A DNA stretch of 64,000 nucleotides from Fidelibacterota bacterium (GTDB lineage Bacteria; Fidelibacterota; Marinisomatia; Marinisomatales; UBA1611). This document shows, piece after piece, positions 58,648 to 64,000 of the stretch. The position numbers and the translations under genes were made by a program. Numbering within the stretch: position 1 is the first letter of the stretch; the number at the start of each line of letters is the position of its first letter. The notes below the pieces were generated by a model. The model did no database searches. It was not told the DNA's origin and saw nothing but the letters and a program-made list of their open reading frames with translations. The stretch is taken from the NCBI GenBank assembly GCA_028338895.1, contig JAOLAV010000002.1, positions 3,857-67,856 on the forward strand, written 5' to 3'.

Positions 58648-59046
58648 ATGAAAAAAAATCGAAGATTTAAAGGCGGAGAAATACCAACTTCTTCAATGGC
58701 TGACATTGCATTCCTTTTATTAATATTTTTTCTAGTTACAACGACGATTGATACAGATAAAGGCCTTGGGATTGTACTACCGCCTCCAGGTGATATGGAA
58801 ATTGAAATTAGAAAAGATAATATTGTTAATTGTCTTATTAACTCCCAAGGAAAAGTTTTATTAGATGAAGAGCCAACCAGCATTGAACAAATTCATCGTA
58901 TTGTGGGAGAAAGACTAAGAGCAAATAACAAACTAGTAATTTCTGTAAAAGCGCATCCCAAAACAGCATATAATGATTATGTAAGAGTCATCGATCAATT
59001 AAAAAGAGCAGACGCAAAAAGAATATCAATAGCAAATAGCAATTAA
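58648..59046 (+). CDS. exbD: Biopolymer transport protein ExbD/TolR (copy 1)
   Basis: N-terminal IPTSSMADIAFLLLIFFLVTT TM signature and a periplasmic alpha/beta domain. ATG at 58648. Confidence 0.85.
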   Translation: MKKNRRFKGGEIPTSSMADIAFLLLIFFLVTTTIDTDKGLGIVLPPPGDMEIEIRKDNIVNCLINSQGKVLLDEEPTSIEQIHRIVGERLRANNKLVISVKAHPKTAYNDYVRVIDQLKRADAKRISIANSN

Positions 59047-59052
59047 TAAAGA

Positions 59053-59463
59053 ATGAAATTTTCAAAAAAAACAAAAGTATCCAGTGAAATACCAACAGCA
59101 TCAATGCCCGACATTATTTTTATGCTACTTATATTTTTTATGGTTACTACTGTATTGAAAGAATATTCGGGTTTGCCGGTTAATCTTCCTAAAGCAAAAA
59201 GAATAGAAAAGTTAAAATCAAAAAGGCATACAGTTCAGATCTGGGTTTCTAAAGAGGGTTTAATTTCTATTGATGATAGACTAATGGGTGTCGATGATGT
59301 CTCTTTAGTTATGTATGACAAAAGAGTCGCAGACCCTCAAATAGTTGTCTCTTTAAAAGGAGACGAAGAAGCTGAAATGGGTCTTATTTCTGATATACAT
59401 GAAAATTTGCGAGAAGTAGAAGCTCTTAAATTAAATTATTCGACTAAAACACTTGTAGATTGA
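59053..59463 (+). CDS. exbD: Biopolymer transport protein ExbD/TolR (copy 2)
   Basis: IPTASMPDIIFMLLIFFMVTT signature. Paralogue of the preceding gene. Confidence 0.85.
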   Translation: MKFSKKTKVSSEIPTASMPDIIFMLLIFFMVTTVLKEYSGLPVNLPKAKRIEKLKSKRHTVQIWVSKEGLISIDDRLMGVDDVSLVMYDKRVADPQIVVSLKGDEEAEMGLISDIHENLREVEALKLNYSTKTLVD

Positions 59464-60077
59464 TGGATTTTATAAACCCAGTAAAAACTAGATATCCTGT
59501 GGTAATCAGAGTTACTACTCTTATCGGTGTAGGATTAGTTATTTCAAATTTTTTATTGTTTCCAAGATTTGGAAATGATATTGAATTTGATAGTGTCGAA
59601 CAGGTAATTATAGAAAATATAGATATACCTCAGACACAACAAATTGATAATACACCTCCTCCCGCAAGACCATCCATTCCAGTGCCATCTGATGATGAAG
59701 ATATAGCTGAAGATTTAACATTAGATGAATTAGATTTTGATGATTTTTCTAACCTTGATGCACCACCTCCTCCTCCTTCTGGACCTAAAGTAGTTTTCAT
59801 ACCATACGATGATCCACCAGTAGCAATGTCACCAATAAGACCCGTTTATCCAGAGATTGCGCAAGAAGCAGGTATTGAAGGTGTTGTTATAGTTCAAGCT
59901 TTTATAGATGAAAGAGGAAGGGTTAAAGAGACATTGATTCTTAAAGGAGTTCCAAATACTGGTTTAGATGAAGCAGCGATGAGCGCAATTAAGAAGACTC
60001 GATTTAGACCAGCAAAACAAAGGGAGCGGGCCGTTGGAGTCTGGATTTCAATTCCTGTGAACTTTAGACTAAAATAA
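59463..60077 (+). CDS. tonB: Energy transducer TonB
   Basis: N-terminal TM, Pro-rich spacer (TPPPARPSIPVP, APPPPPSGP) and a C-terminal TonB domain (YPEIAQEAGIEGVVIVQAFIDERG...RFRPA). The ATG overlaps the exbD stop (TGATG). Confidence 0.8.
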   Translation: MDFINPVKTRYPVVIRVTTLIGVGLVISNFLLFPRFGNDIEFDSVEQVIIENIDIPQTQQIDNTPPPARPSIPVPSDDEDIAEDLTLDELDFDDFSNLDAPPPPPSGPKVVFIPYDDPPVAMSPIRPVYPEIAQEAGIEGVVIVQAFIDERGRVKETLILKGVPNTGLDEAAMSAIKKTRFRPAKQRERAVGVWISIPVNFRLK

Positions 60078-60103
60078 TTTTAAAGCTCTGGCTACTATTT
60101 TTT

Positions 60104-60856
60104 TTACCCTTTGATATTACTTCTATGATATTCCCAATTTAATTTTCTAATATACTCAAGCGAAATTTCTTTAGGACATTCCGCTTCACAAGCTCCAGTA
60201 TTTGTACAATGCCCAAAGCCTTCTTCATCCATTTTAGAAACCATTTTAACAACTCTTTCTTCACGCTCGGGTTGACCTTGAGGTAACAAAGCTAACTGAG
60301 AAACTTTTGCAGAAACAAAAAGACTCGCAGAAGCATTCTTACAAGCAGCAACGCATGCACCACATCCAATACATGCTGCAGCATCAAAAGCATCTTCCGC
60401 AATTTCTTTTCCAATTGGAATTGAATTACCATCTGGAGCGCTACCTGTATTAACGGAAACATAACCGCCCGCTTGTATAATTCGGTCAAAAGAAGATCTA
60501 TCAACAATTAAATCTTTTAATACGGGGAAAGGTTTTGCTCTCCAAGGTTCTATAGTAATTGTATCTCCATTATTAAAATGACGCATATGCAACTGGCAAG
60601 TTGTCGTACCTTTTTGAGGCCCGTGAGGCTTACCATTAATTACCATAGAGCACATACCGCAAATACCTTCTCGACAGTCATGATCAAAAGCAACAGGGTC
60701 TTGACCTAAATTAACGAGTTGTTCATTTAGAACATCGAGCATCTCTAAAAAAGACATGTGGGTATTTAAACCATTTACTTTATATGCTACAAAATCCCCT
60801 TTCTGATTTGGTCCAGGTTGACGCCAGATTTTTAATTTAAGATTTAATTCTTCCAT
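60104..60856 (-). CDS. sdhB: Succinate dehydrogenase/fumarate reductase iron-sulfur subunit
   Basis: Cluster motifs [20 protein letters not shown] and [12 protein letters not shown]. Confidence 0.9.
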   Translation of the reverse strand: MEELNLKLKIWRQPGPNQKGDFVAYKVNGLNTHMSFLEMLDVLNEQLVNLGQDPVAFDHDCREGICGMCSMVINGKPHGPQKGTTTCQLHMRHFNNGDTITIEPWRAKPFPVLKDLIVDRSSFDRIIQAGGYVSVNTGSAPDGNSIPIGKEIAEDAFDAAACIGCGACVAACKNASASLFVSAKVSQLALLPQGQPEREERVVKMVSKMDEEGFGHCTNTGACEAECPKEISLEYIRKLNWEYHRSNIKG

Positions 60857-60857
60857 A

Positions 60858-62774
60858 TTATTTATAACTACGCTGGGTTAATTGAACATTTTCAAATTCT
60901 AAAACTTCTTTATTTAAAATTGGATCTTTATTTTCACTATTGAATTCCCATGCTGAAGTAAAAGCAAATTTAGCATCATCTCTCATCGCTTCACCCTCTC
61001 CAGTTTGATGCTCTTCTCTAAAGTGACCACCACATGATTCATCTCGAGCTAAGGCATCCCTCATCATTAATTCACCTAATTCTATAAAGTCAGCAACTCT
61101 CCCTGCTTTGGTTAATTCAGGATTTATCACATTATCTTCCCCTGGGACTAGAACATTATTCCAAAAGTCATTTTTAATAACTTTTATTTCTTCAATGGCA
61201 CTTTTTAATTCTTTCTTATTTCTAGACATTCCACAATAGTCCCAAACAATCTTTCCAAGCTCTCTATGGTAACTTTCAACGGACCTATTGCCATTATTCT
61301 CTAAAAGTCTTTTGACTTGATCTTTTGTCTTTTTTTCAGCTTTTTCAAATTCTTCATGATCAGTACTAATTGCAGGTGTTCTAATATCTTCTGATAAATA
61401 TTTACCAAGGGTATAAGGTAAAACAAAATATCCATCGGCTAATCCTTGCATCAATGCTGAAGCCCCAAGTCTATTTGCTCCATGATCTGAAAAGTTGCAT
61501 TCTCCTATTGCATAAAGGCCCGGAACTGTTGTCATAAGGTCATAATCAACCCACAAGCCACCCATTGTATAATGTACAGCTGGAAAAATTCGCATTGGCA
61601 TTTTATATGGATTTTCACCTGTTATTTTTTCATACATTTCAAAAAGATTTCCGTAGCGAGAGGACACTACATCTTTACCTAGTCTTTTGATAGCGTCTTC
61701 AAAATCAAGATAAACAGCTAAACCAGTTGAGCCCACTCCATATCCAGCATCACACCTTTCCTTTGCAGCTCTAGAAGCAACATCTCTAGGAACTAAATTT
61801 CCAAAAGCAGGATACCTTCTTTCTAAGTAATAGTCTCTGTCTTCTTCCGGAATGTCAATACCAGCTCTATTATCACCTTTTTTTCTAGGAACCCAGATAC
61901 GTCCGTCATTTCGTAGGGATTCAGACATTAAAGTTAATTTAGATTGATATTCTCCCGAGACAGGAATACATGTTGGGTGTATTTGAGTATAACAGGGATT
62001 TGCAAACATTGCTCCTTTTTTATGGGCTCTCCAAGAGGCCGTAACATTGCTTCCCATCGCATTTGTTGACAGATAATAAACATTACCATAACCACCTGTT
62101 GCTAAAACCACAGCATGACCAAAATGTCTTTGATACTCACCTGTAATTAGATTCCTTACAATAACACCTCTAGCTTTTCCTTCAATCTTTACAATATCTA
62201 ACATTTCATGCCTGTTAAACATTTGAACATTTCCTTTACTGATTTGCCGACTCAGGGCACTGTATGCTCCTAAAAGCAACTGTTGTCCCGTTTGACCTCT
62301 TGCATAAAAAGTTCTAGAAACCTGAACTCCCCCAAAAGATCTATTATCTAAAGTTCCTCCATATTCCCGAGCAAAAGGAACACCTTGCGCAACACATTGA
62401 TCAATAATACTTGAGCTAACTTCAGCTAGTCTGTAAACATTTGCTTCTCTAGATCTATAATCACCACCTTTAATTGTGTCATAAAAAAGACGGTAAACAG
62501 AGTCACCATCATTTTGATAATTTTTAGCAGCATTAATACCACCTTGAGCAGCTATTGAATGTGCCCTCCTTGGGCTATCTTGAAAACAAAACGCCTTAAC
62601 TTTGTAACCCATTTCTGCGAGCGATGCTGCCGCTGATGCACCCGCTAATCCTGTGCCTATTATGATAACTTCGAGTCTTCTTTTATTTGAAGGACTGACC
62701 AAAGGTACTTTTGCTTTATAATTAGTCCATTTATCGGCTAAGGGTCCTTCAGGAATTTTATTATCTAATATCAT
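60858..62774 (-). CDS. sdhA: Succinate dehydrogenase/fumarate reductase flavoprotein subunit
   Basis: FAD motif [12 protein letters not shown], covalent-FAD His context [11 protein letters not shown] and HYTMGG. Length 638 aa. Confidence 0.95.
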   Translation of the reverse strand: MILDNKIPEGPLADKWTNYKAKVPLVSPSNKRRLEVIIIGTGLAGASAAASLAEMGYKVKAFCFQDSPRRAHSIAAQGGINAAKNYQNDGDSVYRLFYDTIKGGDYRSREANVYRLAEVSSSIIDQCVAQGVPFAREYGGTLDNRSFGGVQVSRTFYARGQTGQQLLLGAYSALSRQISKGNVQMFNRHEMLDIVKIEGKARGVIVRNLITGEYQRHFGHAVVLATGGYGNVYYLSTNAMGSNVTASWRAHKKGAMFANPCYTQIHPTCIPVSGEYQSKLTLMSESLRNDGRIWVPRKKGDNRAGIDIPEEDRDYYLERRYPAFGNLVPRDVASRAAKERCDAGYGVGSTGLAVYLDFEDAIKRLGKDVVSSRYGNLFEMYEKITGENPYKMPMRIFPAVHYTMGGLWVDYDLMTTVPGLYAIGECNFSDHGANRLGASALMQGLADGYFVLPYTLGKYLSEDIRTPAISTDHEEFEKAEKKTKDQVKRLLENNGNRSVESYHRELGKIVWDYCGMSRNKKELKSAIEEIKVIKNDFWNNVLVPGEDNVINPELTKAGRVADFIELGELMMRDALARDESCGGHFREEHQTGEGEAMRDDAKFAFTSAWEFNSENKDPILNKEVLEFENVQLTQRSYK

Positions 62775-63442
62775 ATGTTTTTTATGTAAATAAAAATTGG
62801 AATACTTGCGAAAGTAATAGGTATCAATAAAACTAAACCTGTTGTTATTGCTTTTATAGACGAACTATATTTCCTAGTTCTAAACCCTAAAGTCTGAAAT
62901 GCTGATTCGAGACCATGTTTTAAATGGAGACCCAAAACAACCATGCTGATAACATATATAGAAACATACCAGAGTTCATGAAAAGCTGAAACAGTAACTG
63001 TATATAAATCTTTTTTTCCCCATATATCTTTTTCTATAGATCCAAAATGCATTTCATACCAAAAACTTCTGAGGTGTATTACTAAAAAAATTAATAATAA
63101 AGTTCCCAATACAGCCATATTATTAGAAGCCCAACTGCTATTAGTGGTACCACTAGAAACAGCATATTTTACAGGTCGAGCATTTCTTGATTGAATAGTA
63201 AGGTAAAACGTTAAAAGAACATGAAGAATAATTGCCGAATATGTAATAATAGAAAGAAGATTAACAACAGGGTTTGTTGTCATAAAAAAAGCATATTCAT
63301 TAAATTGCTTTTGTCCTGCCTCTCCTGGAATAAATAGCTGAAGATTCCCAGCCAAGTGACCAGCCAAAAATAAAACTAAAAAAACACCCGACAGGGACGC
63401 TAAAGTCTTTCGAAATAAAGTTGATGTAAAATATGTCTTCAT
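62771..63442 (-). CDS. sdhC: Succinate dehydrogenase/fumarate reductase cytochrome b subunit (single large 5-TM type)
   Basis: 223 aa with five hydrophobic helices carrying conserved-looking His residues. ATGA overlap with sdhA. Confidence 0.8.
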   Translation of the reverse strand: MKTYFTSTLFRKTLASLSGVFLVLFLAGHLAGNLQLFIPGEAGQKQFNEYAFFMTTNPVVNLLSIITYSAIILHVLLTFYLTIQSRNARPVKYAVSSGTTNSSWASNNMAVLGTLLLIFLVIHLRSFWYEMHFGSIEKDIWGKKDLYTVTVSAFHELWYVSIYVISMVVLGLHLKHGLESAFQTLGFRTRKYSSSIKAITTGLVLLIPITFASIPIFIYIKNI

Positions 63443-63554
63443 TTAAGTAACTAATTCAAATTAGATATCTAAAATTAAGTTAATAATTCATTTTTGGCAC
63501 AAAGAATCGATAAAATAAAACGAAGCTTTAAAAAATATAAATAATGTATTTCAA

Positions 63555-64000
63555 CTAATTTAATTGAAGTTGAATACTATATGGTCCATTTTTGAAAACA
63601 GATTCTAAAAACGTTTCTAAATAAACTTCTTCACCATTTTTTCTATTTCTTAATCCATCTAATGAAAGTTGACTAGCCCATTTATTCCAATATCTATATG
63701 ATTTACCCATTGGCCCTTCTTGCGAGTCATCCAAGATAGAAGCAGATTTATTAAAATGATATCTATCTTTTGTTGACCATTTTTTAAGCACCTCAATAAC
63801 TTCATTTCTAGTCTTTAAATCAGTTAGTATTCCAACCCAAAAAGAAACAGGTGCTAATTCAAAACCAAATGGAGTCCTATCACATCCCCGAACTTCTAAG
63901 ACGTGCTTTAAGCGAACATTTGTAAAAATTTGCTGCAACGCAACTTTAATATTTTTTTCATACAATTTATTTTTATCTTCTAATATTTGAAGATTTTCCC
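63555..64000 (-). CDS. gshA: Glutamate-cysteine ligase (plant/proteobacterial GCS2 type), C-terminal part; 5' end outside the window
   Basis: VLEVRGCD...LAPVSFWVGILTD resembles YLEMRGADGGPW...ALPAFWVGLLYD of plant-type GCL. The reading frame stays open upstream of the ORF-track TTG (63965) to the window edge. Confidence 0.65.
   Translation of the reverse strand, partial: ENLQILEDKNKLYEKNIKVALQQIFTNVRLKHVLEVRGCDRTPFGFELAPVSFWVGILTDLKTRNEVIEVLKKWSTKDRYHFNKSASILDDSQEGPMGKSYRYWNKWASQLSLDGLRNRKNGEEVYLETFLESVFKNGPYSIQLQLN

Noticed and set aside
1-64000. I searched by eye for CRISPR arrays, long direct or inverted repeats, IS elements, integrases next to the tRNA, toxin-antitoxin pairs and defence-island genes.
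   Set aside because: None were found. The only repeated DNA-level structure is the divergent intragenic repeat set in the giant ORF. tRNA-Gln is flanked by ispE and prs with 11- and 16-nt spacers and no integrase or att-like duplication. A computational repeat search would be needed to exclude short dispersed repeats.

Overview
This is an AT-rich, very gene-dense stretch of a diderm bacterial chromosome that carries LPS and BamA genes. There is almost no intergenic DNA, and many junctions are 1-nt TAATG-type or 4-nt ATGA-type stop/start overlaps. I can support about 66 protein-coding genes, one tRNA-Gln(UUG) and two intrinsic terminators. I saw no rRNA, CRISPR array, transposase, integrase, prophage or recognisable defence genes. 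Shine-Dalgarno sequences (AGGAG) are visible before several genes, including fdx, rpsF, hppA, skp, ctc and exbB. TTG starts are frequent.

The content is mostly housekeeping:
- nupC', adk and coaE
- an nfeD-floA flotillin operon
- lpxL and tsaC
- a large envelope-biogenesis supercluster: uppS-bamA-skp-lpxD-lpxC-fabZ-lpxA-[OMP]-dxr-rseP
- mrp and a ferredoxin
- plsC, mutY and marR
- a Firmicutes-type lipase with an outer-membrane barrel
- priA, then rpsF-rpsR-rplI
- a membrane pyrophosphatase
- pth-ctc-prs, tRNA-Gln, ispE-ispF-ispD
- queA, ruvB and uvrA
- fabA with an enoyl reductase-like SDR
- ychF
- a second lipid A operon: oxidoreductase, ICMT-like methyltransferase, lpxB, DUF374, lpxK
- exbB-exbD-exbD-tonB
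- sdhCAB
- a truncated plant-type gshA

The least ordinary part is 48.8-55.2 kb. It holds two adjacent, N-terminally paralogous giant exported proteins of 851 and 1294 aa. These combine FG-GAP/integrin-alpha-like Ca-binding motifs with tandem cadherin-like repeats. They are transcribed divergently from an OMP-Ctp-ExbBDD-TonB cluster. This is my best candidate for an undescribed envelope or adhesion system, but it is a hypothesis from motif reading only.

Other points worth checking are an Mrp/ApbC homologue with no CXXC cluster-binding motif, GnnA-like and LmtA-like genes fused into the lpxB-lpxK operon, and a Na+-type signature in the pyrophosphatase.

All family assignments come from my recollection of motifs. 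No searches were run. Taxonomy cannot be assigned from this window.
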